NCBI GenBank assembly: GCA_965219445.1 | Contig: CBDCNQ010000003.1 | Coordinates: 256,001 to 320,000, forward strand | Direction: 5' to 3' | DNA from: Longimicrobiales bacterium | Lineage (GTDB): Bacteria > Gemmatimonadota > Gemmatimonadetes > Longimicrobiales > Gaopeijiaceae | DNA length: 64,000 bases | Shown: positions 27,199-37,529 of the stretch, piece by piece | How positions within the stretch are numbered: position 1 is the first letter of the stretch | Layout: each line of letters begins with the position of its first letter | The notes under the pieces: model-generated | The model's input: the letters and a program-made list of their open reading frames with translations, nothing else | The model's database searches: none | Told to the model about the DNA's origin: nothing | Made by a program: the position numbers and the translations under genes

Positions 27199-28452
27199 AT
27201 GGACAACATCTCAAGACGTGCGATGTTAGGAGCCGCGGGAGGGCTGATCGCAGGGGGCCTGCTGAAGACTCAGGCCGATGCACTCACAGTGGGGGAGGCA
27301 GCCACCGGCCTGCAAACCGCACCGGCGGATCCCACGAAGATGCTCGGTGCGCCAACCAGCGTCCTCGGCCAACGGGCACCGGCGGAACAGCCCCGTCGCG
27401 TCATGGGCAGCCCGGCGACGACAGCATCCTCCAGAACCCCGATCGAGCAACTTCGGGGCATCATCACTCCGGCGGATCTCCACTTTGAGCGACACCACGC
27501 CGGCGTTCCAGCCATCGATCGGGATCGTTACGAACTCTTGATCCATGGGATGGTGGATCGGCCGATGACATTCACGCTCGACGACCTGATGCGCTTTCCC
27601 TCCGAGTCTCGGATTTGTTTCGTGGAATGCTCCGGGAACGGCGGCGCCGCCTATAACCGGAACGCCGCTCGGGAACGCACGCCCAGCCAGATCGATGGCC
27701 TGTTCAGTACGAGCGAATGGACCGGTGTGGCTCTGACCACTCTTCTGCGTGAAGTGGGCGTCAGCCGGGAGGCGAGTTGGTTGCTGGCGGAGGGTGGGGA
27801 TGCGGCACTCATGTCCCGCAGCATCCCGGTAGAGAAGGCTCTCGACGACGCCATGATCGCGTACGGACAGAACGGCGAGGCGATCCGTCCGGAGCAGGGC
27901 TTTCCCGCGCGGCTGCTGCTTCCCGGCTGGGAGGGCAACTCCCAAGTCAAATGGATCCGCCGCCTCGAGGCGTCCGACCGGCCCTCGATGACGCGCGACG
28001 AAACCTCCAAGTACACGGACCCCCTCGCCGACGGGACGGCGCGACAGTTCAGCCTGGTTATGGATGCGAAGTCGACCATCACGTTTCCCGCCTTCCCATT
28101 TGTACTTCCGGAGCGGGGCTGGTGGGAGATCAGCGGACTCGCGTGGAGCGGACGGGGCCGCATCGCTCGTGTGGAGGTGACGACGGACGGAGGGCGCACG
28201 TGGGTGCCCGCTCAACTTCAGGATCCGGTGCTCTCGAAGTGCGCCACGCGCTTCCGGCACATCTGGAACTGGGACGGCGGAGAGGCTCTTCTCATGAGCC
28301 GCGCGATCGACGAGACCGGCTACGTGCAGCCGGATCTGGAGACACAGATAGCGGCCCGAGGTGAGGGCAGCTCGTACCACTACAACACGATCCGGCCGTG
28401 GAAGATCGAAGCCGATGGGCGCGTGTTCTTCGCACAAGGAGGGGCGCAATGA
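27199..28452 (+). CDS. soxC: Sulfite oxidase-family molybdoprotein, SoxC-like, Tat-exported
   Basis: SRRAML Tat; GIITP..LHFERHH.G, ECSGN, YGQNGE.IRPEQGFP.RL..PGWEG, GLAWSGRG, SRAIDETGYVQP. Confidence 0.85.
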   Translation: MDNISRRAMLGAAGGLIAGGLLKTQADALTVGEAATGLQTAPADPTKMLGAPTSVLGQRAPAEQPRRVMGSPATTASSRTPIEQLRGIITPADLHFERHHAGVPAIDRDRYELLIHGMVDRPMTFTLDDLMRFPSESRICFVECSGNGGAAYNRNAARERTPSQIDGLFSTSEWTGVALTTLLREVGVSREASWLLAEGGDAALMSRSIPVEKALDDAMIAYGQNGEAIRPEQGFPARLLLPGWEGNSQVKWIRRLEASDRPSMTRDETSKYTDPLADGTARQFSLVMDAKSTITFPAFPFVLPERGWWEISGLAWSGRGRIARVEVTTDGGRTWVPAQLQDPVLSKCATRFRHIWNWDGGEALLMSRAIDETGYVQPDLETQIAARGEGSSYHYNTIRPWKIEADGRVFFAQGGAQ

Positions 28453-29066
28453 GCCGGCGGAGCCGTGCCGGGGCCTTTTCCGGCCTGTTGGCGACAACCC
28501 TCTCGTTATACGGATGCGTGCCGGACGCGCCGAGCGGAGAGACCAGCACCGTGGTGTCAGGTACCACGGAGTGGCCAGGCTCTTTCGCCATCGGCCGAGA
28601 CGCCACCCCAGCCGAGATCGCAGAGCTGAACATCGACTTCGGACCGGATGGAGCAGACGCTCCACCGGGGAGTGGCTCAGTCGCCGAGGGCAAGGTGGTC
28701 TACGACAGAAACTGCATCGTCTGCCACGGCCTCACGGGGCGAGAGGGTCCGAACGCTCAGCTCGTCGGCCGCGAGCCTCGTGACGGGTTTCCGTTCGGCG
28801 AAACCCGAGGCATCGTCAAGACGGTCGGAAACTACTGGCCCTACGCCACGACCGTGTTCGATTACGTGAACCGCACGATGCCACTCTCGTCCCCCGGGTC
28901 GCTCACGGCCGATGAAGTGTACGCGGTCTCGGCGTATATCCTCTTTCTCAATGAGATCATCCCGGAGAACGCGGTCATGAATGCCGAGACCCTACCAGCG
29001 GTGGTCATGCCCGCCCGGGACCGATTCGTGCCGGACGATCGCGTGGGTGGGCCGGAGGTCAGGTAA
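28449..29066 (+). CDS. soxD: SoxD-like monoheme cytochrome c (possible lipoprotein)
   Basis: PPGSGSVAEG, CIVCHG, TVGNYWPYATT.FDY..R.MP, EVYAV; overlaps the soxC stop. Confidence 0.85.
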   Translation: MSRRSRAGAFSGLLATTLSLYGCVPDAPSGETSTVVSGTTEWPGSFAIGRDATPAEIAELNIDFGPDGADAPPGSGSVAEGKVVYDRNCIVCHGLTGREGPNAQLVGREPRDGFPFGETRGIVKTVGNYWPYATTVFDYVNRTMPLSSPGSLTADEVYAVSAYILFLNEIIPENAVMNAETLPAVVMPARDRFVPDDRVGGPEVR

Positions 29067-29198
29067 GACCCGCTTCACCTTGACGGCCTCGAACCTGCAA
29101 CCTACGGTAGCGTTCACGTTTCCGTCCTCCCCGATGACGATCCTTCGGGCATATGCGGACGGGACGATCCATGAAGTTCCCCACAGGAGATCATTTTC

Positions 29199-30026
29199 AT
29201 GAGGGTTGTTTCGACTTTGCTCATGCTCGGCGTCATCACGGCGGCGGCAGTTACGGACGCAGCCGACGCCCAGACGAGATATGTGCGCTACGAGCAGGCT
29301 GGAGACATTTCGTGGGGCGAATTGGACGGCTCCACGATTCGCCAACTCAGCGAGGCTCCCTACCTCGGGGGCGTACGTACAGGACGGACGACTACGGAGT
29401 CCGCCGTGACGATGAAAGCCCCGGTCGATCCGAACCTCGTCTTCATGACCGCCTTCAACTTCCGCAGCCACATCACTGGCGATCCGGCGGAGTATCCGGG
29501 TCTGTTCATCGTGCCCCCGGGCTCGATCATCGGTCCTGGTGAAAACATCGTGCGGCCTGCGGCATCTCAGAATCTTCACTATGAAGCAGAGATGGTGGTC
29601 GTGATCGGCAAGCGTGCCGAGAACGTGAATCCGGAGGAGGCGCCGGAGTATGTTTTCGGCGTGGCGGCTGGGAACGACGTCAGCGAGCGCGACTGGCAGG
29701 CGAATGACATCCAGTGGGTCCGTGCAAAGGGCAGCCGGTCGTTCAACGCCGTGGGCCCCGTCTTGGTGGAGGGGTTGGACTACTCCAACCTCCAGATCGA
29801 GGGACGCCTCAACGGCGAGGTACGTCAGGGGGAGAATAGCGCCGACCTGATTTTCAACATGCACCATATGGTCAGCTACATCTCGAAATACTTCACGCTC
29901 GAGCCCGGCGATCTGATCTGGTCCGGTACTATGGGCACCACCCAGGCGATGGAGCCAGGTGATGTCTACGAGGTGGAAATTGAAGGCGTCGGTGTCCTGC
30001 GGAACCAGCTCGTTCAAGGCCACTGA
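29199..30026 (+). CDS. Fumarylacetoacetate hydrolase family protein with signal peptide
   Basis: HYEAE..VVIGK, NDVSERDWQ, RAKG, TLEPGDLI.SGT; N-terminal ADA-Q signal. Confidence 0.85.
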   Translation: MRVVSTLLMLGVITAAAVTDAADAQTRYVRYEQAGDISWGELDGSTIRQLSEAPYLGGVRTGRTTTESAVTMKAPVDPNLVFMTAFNFRSHITGDPAEYPGLFIVPPGSIIGPGENIVRPAASQNLHYEAEMVVVIGKRAENVNPEEAPEYVFGVAAGNDVSERDWQANDIQWVRAKGSRSFNAVGPVLVEGLDYSNLQIEGRLNGEVRQGENSADLIFNMHHMVSYISKYFTLEPGDLIWSGTMGTTQAMEPGDVYEVEIEGVGVLRNQLVQGH

Positions 30027-30061
30027 ATGCGACGCGGGTCAGCGTCATTCTAGAGGAGGGG

Positions 30062-30814
30062 GTGACCCGCCAGCCCAACTTCCTGCTCCTTCAGGTCCGC
30101 AATCCGGACGACCCGATGAGGAAGCACGAAATTCAGTGCTTTTCCCGTTCGTTCCGCTGCGATGAAGATCGGATTCGCGTCTTCGATCTCCTGAGCGGGG
30201 TGCCCTCCCAGCGCGAACTAACCGAAGCCGACGCGGTCCTCCTGGGTGGAAGCGGCAGTTACTCTGTCGCCAGAGGCGGCCCGTGGCTTCCCGCGGCGCT
30301 CGAAACCATGCGTCAGCTATACGAAACGTCCAAACCGACGTTCGCTTCTTGCTGGGGGTTTCAAGCCATGGCCAGAGCCATGGGTGGGGAGGTGGTCACG
30401 GACCGCAGTCGAGCGGAAGTCGGAACGCTCTGGATGAAGCTGACGCCCGATGGTAAGAAGGACCCCGTGTTCGGCCCTCTCGGCGACCGTTTCCAGGTCC
30501 AGATCGGCCACGAGGATATCGTTACCAGGCTCCCTGAGGGAGCGAGGCTTCTGGCCTCGAGCCCCAGCGTGGAGATCGAAGCGTATTGTTTCCATGGCAA
30601 GCCCATCTACTGCACACAGTTCCATCCGGAGCTGGACCGTGCCGGCATCATCACGCGAATCGCACAGTACCCGGATTATCTGCCCCTCACCGGGCACGCC
30701 ACGCTCGAAGATTTTTCGGCCGCCACACCGGAGACGCCAAAAGCCGAGGCGATTCTCCGGAGGTTCGTAACGGTGGCGCTGCAGAGTAGCTCTCTTGACC
30801 CTGATAGCGTGTAG
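30062..30814 (+). CDS. Class I glutamine amidotransferase-like protein
   Basis: GGSG, SCWGFQ nucleophile, H.D.V, QFHPE. Confidence 0.85.
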   Translation: MTRQPNFLLLQVRNPDDPMRKHEIQCFSRSFRCDEDRIRVFDLLSGVPSQRELTEADAVLLGGSGSYSVARGGPWLPAALETMRQLYETSKPTFASCWGFQAMARAMGGEVVTDRSRAEVGTLWMKLTPDGKKDPVFGPLGDRFQVQIGHEDIVTRLPEGARLLASSPSVEIEAYCFHGKPIYCTQFHPELDRAGIITRIAQYPDYLPLTGHATLEDFSAATPETPKAEAILRRFVTVALQSSSLDPDSV

Positions 30815-30866
30815 GCCGCTAGAGCGAGTTATGGCCTGGCGCTCGAATGACTGCCGCGTAGCCGAG

Positions 30867-32876
30867 TCAGTAGGCTCGTGCGGCAGCGATTTTTCGGATG
30901 TCCTTCAAGGCGTAGGCGACGACGAATAGGGCTCCCAGCCCCCCCACCAGAAAGGACGGGTAGAACGCGGTGGCGGCTCCTGCCAGAAGCAGGATTCGAC
31001 CTCCTGCGCTCAGATGACGGCTCAGCGACTGGCCCTCCAGCACCGCGGCGAACGCTGCTAGCGCAACCATGGACATCGTCGCCTTCCCGAGCACCACCGG
31101 CCAGGCACCCCCCAAGGCGAGCTCGGGATGCACCACCATGAGGATGGGAATGAGATAGAGGCCCTTGGCGTACTTCCACGCCTGAAGGCCAGTGCGCATG
31201 GGATCGGCTCCGGCTACGCCTGCGGCTGCGTACGCAGCGAGGCAGACGGGGGGCGTGACGTTGGAGTCCTGGGAGTACCAGAACACGAGCAAGTGGGCGA
31301 TCAAGACAGGAAGACCGAAATCATTGATCAGTACCGGGCCGGCGAGGACGATGAGAACGACGTAGCTGGCGGTCACGGGAAGTCCCATCCCAAGGACGAG
31401 ACTCGCCAGAAGCAGCAGTATCAGGACAAGAAAGAGATTCCCTTGGGAAAGAGAAAGCATGAGACCCGAAAATTTGAGGCCCAGACCCGTGAGGCCGACG
31501 ATGCCCACGATGATTCCCGCCACGGCGCAGGCCAGGCTCACTGGAAGGGTATTTCGGCCCGCGAGGACGAAGGCATCCACACCGCGGACGATCCCACCGC
31601 CGACCCAGCCCGCCAGGGGGCCCTGAGCCGCCACTTCCGGGTTCGAGGCCCTTGGATTTCCCGGCATGGTCCGGTTCCATGCGGCTCGCGAGGCCGCCAG
31701 TGCCGCCACTGCCATACACGAAAGAAAGCCGACCCGGGCAACCGAAAAATCCATGAGCAGAGCGGCCACCAGAGCCACTAGAGCCATAAGGAAGTGCCAG
31801 CCCTTGGCCAGCGTGGTCCCGAACCGGGGGAGCTCGGAAGCGGGCAGGCCCTCGAGGTTCCTCGCGACCGCCACCAGGTGCACGAAGACGAACACTGTTC
31901 CCATGTAGAGAATCGCCGGAATGAGCGCCGCCTTGACGACGTCGAGATAAGCCAGACCGGTATATTCGGCAATCAAGAACGCTCCCGCCCCCATGATCGG
32001 GGGAAGGATCTGACCCCCGGTACTTGCAGCCGCTTCGATACCGCCGGCCTCCTCAGCGCGGTAGCCGACCTTCTTCATGAGGGGAATGGTGAACGCCCCG
32101 CTGGTCACGACGTTGGCGATGGCGCTCCCCGACACGGATCCCAGTGCGGAAGACGCCAGAACCGCAGCTTTCGCGGGCCCTCCGCGCTGTCTTCCGGTAA
32201 GCGCATACGCGAGATCGATAAAGAACTGGCCCGCGCCCGTGACCTCCAGGAGCGCCCCGAATAAGATGAAGACGAAAACGAACGAGGCGGCCACACCCAG
32301 AGGGATCCCGTATATCCCCTCCTGACCCAGATAAAGCTGTCCCACGAGCCGTCCGGTGCTGTACCCTCCATGCCGAAGAACTCCCGGGAGGAACGGACCC
32401 GCGTAACCGTAGCCGATGAAACAGGCCGCGATGAACGAAATAGGCCACCCCAACGCCCTGCGGCTCGCCTCGAGGAGCGTGACCACCGCTACCGTGCCTG
32501 CGAGAACGTCGGTGCCGCTCGGGGCCCCTGCCCGGCTCACGATGGCGTCTAGGTTGAGCGTGAGATAGAGGGCTGCGAAGATGGAGCCAGCAATGAGAAC
32601 GGTGTCCACCGTCCATGCCATGCCACTTGGGATTCTCGGCTCCCTACGACGCTTTGTCGAAAAGATGCGACCCTTCGTCGGAAACAGGAGAAAGGCCAAG
32701 ACCTGAACAACCGCGAGATGGAACGCCCTCTCATAGAAGAGTCCGATGGGCCGGACGCCGGATATGTAGAGTTGGAATAACGAGAGGGCGATCGCAAGAA
32801 CGACGAAGGTCGTTGCGGAAAAGGTAGGGAGACCCAGGTTCCTCCTCGGGATCGAGGGCTCACCAGTGGGGCTCAC
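30867..32876 (-). CDS. TRAP transporter fused 4TM/12TM permease
   Basis: GGPAKAAV, SGSAIANV, EAAASTGGQILPPIMGAGAF, LGMGLP, VTPPV. Confidence 0.92.
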   Translation of the reverse strand: MSPTGEPSIPRRNLGLPTFSATTFVVLAIALSLFQLYISGVRPIGLFYERAFHLAVVQVLAFLLFPTKGRIFSTKRRREPRIPSGMAWTVDTVLIAGSIFAALYLTLNLDAIVSRAGAPSGTDVLAGTVAVVTLLEASRRALGWPISFIAACFIGYGYAGPFLPGVLRHGGYSTGRLVGQLYLGQEGIYGIPLGVAASFVFVFILFGALLEVTGAGQFFIDLAYALTGRQRGGPAKAAVLASSALGSVSGSAIANVVTSGAFTIPLMKKVGYRAEEAGGIEAAASTGGQILPPIMGAGAFLIAEYTGLAYLDVVKAALIPAILYMGTVFVFVHLVAVARNLEGLPASELPRFGTTLAKGWHFLMALVALVAALLMDFSVARVGFLSCMAVAALAASRAAWNRTMPGNPRASNPEVAAQGPLAGWVGGGIVRGVDAFVLAGRNTLPVSLACAVAGIIVGIVGLTGLGLKFSGLMLSLSQGNLFLVLILLLLASLVLGMGLPVTASYVVLIVLAGPVLINDFGLPVLIAHLLVFWYSQDSNVTPPVCLAAYAAAGVAGADPMRTGLQAWKYAKGLYLIPILMVVHPELALGGAWPVVLGKATMSMVALAAFAAVLEGQSLSRHLSAGGRILLLAGAATAFYPSFLVGGLGALFVVAYALKDIRKIAAARAY

Positions 32877-32919
32877 CGTTCTAGAGGCCTGTCGAGGAAG
32901 TGGGGCGAGCCGTATCGCC

Positions 32920-33924
32920 TCACGGGGAATGGATCAGGTGATCGGGCACCTCGTATCCAGCTTCCTCAAAATAACGAACGGCGCCGGGATGGAGTGGTAT
33001 GGGAGAGACTCCCAGGGTGTACTCCGCCGAGATGTGGCTTGCCGCAGGATGCACGCCGGCCAACTCCGACCGTACCGCAAATAGCACGTGAACCAGATCG
33101 TAGACGAGTTCCTCCGACATGTCGGCGCGAACCACGAGGACGTTGGGCGTACTCAGCGTCTCCACCGCGCTTTCCTGGCCCGGGTAGGTACCCGGAAGGA
33201 AGGAATCTCGAATCACGGTCGGGTCCAGTACCAAAGTGTTCTCAACTTCAGTCACCCCGATGGGGACGAGTCGCACGGGCCGCGCCGTAGCCAAGTCCAC
33301 GATTGCACTTGTGGGAGCGCCGGCACTCACGAATCCGGCGTCTATGTTTCCGTCTCTGAGCGCAGACGCGGTCTCGTTGAAGTTGAGACGCTGGGGCTGG
33401 AAATCGTCATAGCCGATGCCGTTCCCCTCCAGTAGGGTTCGGGCGGCCACTTCGGTCCCGCTCCCCGGTGCTCCTACGGAGACTCGTCGGCCCACGAGGT
33501 CAACCAGGCTCTCCACTCCGGTTCCGTCCACGGTGACCAGGTGAAGGACGTTTGGGTAGAGCGTCGTGAGAGCGAGAACCTGCGCCGGCTCCCTCTCTGA
33601 GAAAGATCCCGTCCCGTAAAACACCTCGTGTGCGCTCGTACCCATGGAGAAGGCAACCTCGACATCGCCGCCCAGGAGTAGGCTGAGGTTCTCGACCGAG
33701 CCGCCCGTGACCTCGGCCACGAAATCTTGCTCGGGCAACTCACGGCTCCAGAGCTCCGCAATCGATCCCCCCAGCACATAGTAGACACCCCCGGTGCCTG
33801 CCGTGGCTAGGGCGAGGACGTCGGGACGATCCCCCGGGGCGCATCCGGATGAAGTCAGGCCGCCAAGGAGAAGGAGGATCGACGGGACGAATGACATCCC
33901 TTCCCATCTACGAATCATCTTCAT
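32920..33924 (-). CDS. TAXI-family TRAP solute-binding lipoprotein
   Basis: ATAGTGGVYY, TGGSVEN, VSVGAPGSGT, DGNIDA, PLHPGAVRYF. Confidence 0.92.
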   Translation of the reverse strand: MKMIRRWEGMSFVPSILLLLGGLTSSGCAPGDRPDVLALATAGTGGVYYVLGGSIAELWSRELPEQDFVAEVTGGSVENLSLLLGGDVEVAFSMGTSAHEVFYGTGSFSEREPAQVLALTTLYPNVLHLVTVDGTGVESLVDLVGRRVSVGAPGSGTEVAARTLLEGNGIGYDDFQPQRLNFNETASALRDGNIDAGFVSAGAPTSAIVDLATARPVRLVPIGVTEVENTLVLDPTVIRDSFLPGTYPGQESAVETLSTPNVLVVRADMSEELVYDLVHVLFAVRSELAGVHPAASHISAEYTLGVSPIPLHPGAVRYFEEAGYEVPDHLIHSP

Positions 33925-34742
33925 CCTCTTGGTCTATCAACTGGGAATGGGCACAGCGGTCGACTCAGCGGTGACTGAATCTTGAGAAGTATCGGCTGTC
34001 AGAGACCGTAGCGCGAGGTGCCTTCGGAACCGCTAGGCACGGCAGCAACGTATGAGCGAGGTGACAGCAGGGCAAGGAACTTGAGAGGAAGAACTCACGC
34101 TTCCGGAGACCGTCACTTCCCTCCCCCGACAGCGATGGGCACGCCAGAACACGGAAGAGCCAGCAAGGCTTTGCAACTGTACCGCTGCGTGAAAAATTCT
34201 GTGCTGAGATTCTGTGTTTACGTGACATTGAGGCAGGAACGTCCCACTCCGAAGTTTTGTAAACTATGCGTCTTGCCCCAATGTCTGTCTTGATCCAGGA
34301 TGACGTTTGGATTACTTCATTCGTCACCTCTTCCGTCATCCCCTCCGTTTGAGCGACTCAGTGAAATGACCAAGCTTACGACACGATGCGCGGCCCTGCC
34401 CTCGGCGATCGTTCTTCTCCCGTCGGGGTGCGGCAGTTGCACCCCTTGAGGACCGGCTTCGTCGCAGCCGGGGTGCTCGCTTTCCTCACCGCGGCAATCT
34501 TCTCCGACCTCTTCCGCATCGAGCCGATGCCCCCAGTCTTCGACGGCGCCCCCCCCCCCCTCCCGTCGGGGGGGAGGAGATTCGAATTCCACTCTTCAAC
34601 CGCTCGCGTTAGAATCCCGGCGATTCTAGATGCTCAGTTACCCACATTCGCAGACCCCCCTTCCGGAGGCGGGGTCTACGTGTCGCCAGGCCTTCTCGCA
34701 CCTCGCACCCTGATCGCCGATGCTTCCCGACGCGCCATCTCG

Positions 34743-37511
34743 GTGAACGCAGCCGGCGTTTTTCGCCTCCTACTCCTGTCTCTCCTGATCCCCGGAGGCG
34801 CATCCGCCGAGGACACGGAAGCCGGCGGGCGTGACCAAGTCCTGCCGCTCCACCGACAGGAGACACGGCAGGAACCCCAGAGTGAGCGGGACTCGCACAC
34901 GACCTCCGCCCCGCAGACCGTGGCCGTCCGGCTCACCAGTTCAATGCGTATGGACGGCATGCCGGACGAGGAGGCGTGGGCCTCGGCGCCCCCCGTTACC
35001 GAGTACTGGCAGACGCAGCCTGTCGAAGGAGAGCCTGCCTCGCAGCGCATGGAGGCGCGTTTCCTTTATGACGACGACGCGCTCTACGTGGGTGCGATGC
35101 TCTACACTAACGGCCCTGTCGCGGCCCGCCTCAAGAGACGCGACTCGAACTTTGCGGACACCGACCTCTTTGCGGTCTTCATCGACGGCTACCACGATCA
35201 TCAGTTGGCATACCGCTTCGTCGTCAACGCCGCGGGAGTGAGGAAGGATTCCCGTGCCAACCCGGACGGGTCGAACGGTGACACGTCCTGGGATCCGGTG
35301 TGGGAGGCGACCACCCAGGTCAGCGACGAGGGCTGGTCGGCAGAGATGCGGATCCCGTTCAGCCAGCTCCGCTTCAGCCCGGCCGACCGCCAGGTCTGGG
35401 GCATTCAGATCGAACGCCGGGACCGCTTTACCAACGAGTGGTCGTATTCGGCTTTCACGCCGCTCCTGGAGCGGGGTGGCGTAGCCCGATACGGGCACCT
35501 CGTGGGTATCGAGGGCATCGAGCCGACGCGTCCGTTGGAGCTGCTCCCCTACGTCACGGGGCGCGCCGAGAGGGTCCATGTTCCCGCGAGCACCGGCGCC
35601 GATTTCGACAACCCCTTCCGGTCGGGTTCCGACTACTACGGCGGCGCCGGCCTCGACCTCAAGTACCGGATGAGCACGAACCTGACGCTCGACGCCGCGA
35701 TCAACCCCGACTTTGGGCAAGTCGAGGTCGACCCCGCCATCATCAACCTCACGGCCTTCGAGACCCGCTACCAGGAGCGACGACCGTTCTTCGTCGAGGG
35801 ACAGGAGCTCTTCACCTTCCAGGAAGGAGGACCCGCGGGCAGCACGGGTCGGGTGCCCCAGCTCGTGTACTCACGGCGGATCGGCCGCCCCCCGCAGGGC
35901 AGAGTCCCTTCGGAGGCCGTTTTCGCCGCCTCGCCCACGGCGGCCACGATCCTCGGTGCCGCAAAGCTGACGGGCCGCACCGACAGCGGGTGGTCGCTGG
36001 GCCTGCTCGAGGCCGTCACTGAGCGTGAAGTCACACCCTGGCTCGACGCGGCGGGCGCCCCGTCCGAAACCGTCGTCGAGCCGGCGACGAACTACCTGGT
36101 GGGGCGCCTACGTCGGGACCTGAGGGCCGGGGAGATCCGGATCGGTGTCCTCGGCAGCGCCGTGAACCGGAGCTTGGAAGGTTCGTCAATTGGGCTCCCT
36201 TCGGCCGCATACACCGGTGGGTTCGACTTCACCAACGAGTGGGCGGACCGGAGCTGGAGGTTCAGCGCCGCGTTCGCGGGAAGTCACCTGCGGGGCTCGG
36301 AAGAGGCGATGATCGCTACCCAGCGTTCCTCGTCCCGTTACTTCCAGCGTCCGGACATGGACTACTTGAGCATCGACACGACGGCCACGTCGCTGAGTGG
36401 CTACTACGCGATGGCCGACCTGACGAAGCAGGCCGGCAGCGTCCAGATGAGGCTTGCCGGGGCAGCGATCAGCCCTGGCTACGAGGTCAACGATCTCGGC
36501 TTCCAGAGTCGGGCGGACCGCTTCATCATCGATACCCAACTCAAGTATCGGGAGACCGTCCCCGGACGGATCTTTCGGAGCTGGGAGGTCCGAGGCGGGC
36601 CAGACGCGATCTGGAACTACGGAGGCGACCGCGTCTTTGCCCAGTTCAACGTCTTGACGGCCTGGGTCCTCACGAACTATTGGTCGGGGAGCACCCAGAT
36701 GCGCTACGACCCCAGGACGGATAACGACCGACTCACCCGGGGCGGTCCCCTCGCCATCAATCCCGAAAAATTTTCGGCTCGCATCAACATCCAGACGGAC
36801 CGAACCAAGCCTTATGTCGTCACGGCTTCGTACGACTGGAATCGCGACGACGCCGGCTCGTGGCGCAAGGCCGGGGACCTTAATCTCCATGTCGCCGTCC
36901 AGAGTAATTGGGAGGTCAGCTTCGGGCCTAGTATCTCTAAGGAGCGCGTGGCGGCGCATTACGTGACGGCCGTTTCGGACCCGCTCGCGACCGAGACGTT
37001 CGGCCAGCGCTACATCTTCGCGAACCTCAACCAGATCACCGTTTCCCTCGACACCCGCTTCAACATCACCTTCACGCCCAACCTCTCCTTCGAACTCTAC
37101 GCCCAGCCTTTCGTCTCGACCGGTAACTACGGCGCCCTCAAGGAGTTCCGAGCTCCCGGCACCTTCGACTTCCTCCGTTACGGCACCGACAAAGGAACAC
37201 TCACCAACCAGGGCGACGGTACCTTCCTGGTCGACCCCGACGCAGCCGGTCCTGCCGCCGGATTTAGCGTGGACAACCGAGACTTCACCTATCGTAGCCT
37301 ACTCGGCAACGCTGTGCTGCGCTGGGAGTGGCGACCCGGCTCGACCCTCTACCTCGTGTGGCAGCAGAGCCGCGTACAGGACCTCGAGGCGTCCGACCCC
37401 ACCCTGTCCCGCATCGGGGAGTCCAGGATCGGCCATGATACCGCCGAGATCTTCAGGATCCAGCCCGACAACATCTTCCAGCTCAAGATCAGCTACTGGC
37501 TCAACCCCTGA
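34743..37511 (+). CDS. DUF5916 / CBM9-like outer-membrane protein (frame open from 34386)
   Basis: Signal peptide at GTG 34743; DG..DE..W, GWSAEMRIPFSQLRF, INPDFGQVE.D, E.RPFF.EG, YSRRIG, C-terminal KISYWLNP. Confidence 0.8.
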   Translation: MNAAGVFRLLLLSLLIPGGASAEDTEAGGRDQVLPLHRQETRQEPQSERDSHTTSAPQTVAVRLTSSMRMDGMPDEEAWASAPPVTEYWQTQPVEGEPASQRMEARFLYDDDALYVGAMLYTNGPVAARLKRRDSNFADTDLFAVFIDGYHDHQLAYRFVVNAAGVRKDSRANPDGSNGDTSWDPVWEATTQVSDEGWSAEMRIPFSQLRFSPADRQVWGIQIERRDRFTNEWSYSAFTPLLERGGVARYGHLVGIEGIEPTRPLELLPYVTGRAERVHVPASTGADFDNPFRSGSDYYGGAGLDLKYRMSTNLTLDAAINPDFGQVEVDPAIINLTAFETRYQERRPFFVEGQELFTFQEGGPAGSTGRVPQLVYSRRIGRPPQGRVPSEAVFAASPTAATILGAAKLTGRTDSGWSLGLLEAVTEREVTPWLDAAGAPSETVVEPATNYLVGRLRRDLRAGEIRIGVLGSAVNRSLEGSSIGLPSAAYTGGFDFTNEWADRSWRFSAAFAGSHLRGSEEAMIATQRSSSRYFQRPDMDYLSIDTTATSLSGYYAMADLTKQAGSVQMRLAGAAISPGYEVNDLGFQSRADRFIIDTQLKYRETVPGRIFRSWEVRGGPDAIWNYGGDRVFAQFNVLTAWVLTNYWSGSTQMRYDPRTDNDRLTRGGPLAINPEKFSARINIQTDRTKPYVVTASYDWNRDDAGSWRKAGDLNLHVAVQSNWEVSFGPSISKERVAAHYVTAVSDPLATETFGQRYIFANLNQITVSLDTRFNITFTPNLSFELYAQPFVSTGNYGALKEFRAPGTFDFLRYGTDKGTLTNQGDGTFLVDPDAAGPAAGFSVDNRDFTYRSLLGNAVLRWEWRPGSTLYLVWQQSRVQDLEASDPTLSRIGESRIGHDTAEIFRIQPDNIFQLKISYWLNP

Positions 37512-37529
37512 GCTCCAGGGTCGAAAAGG

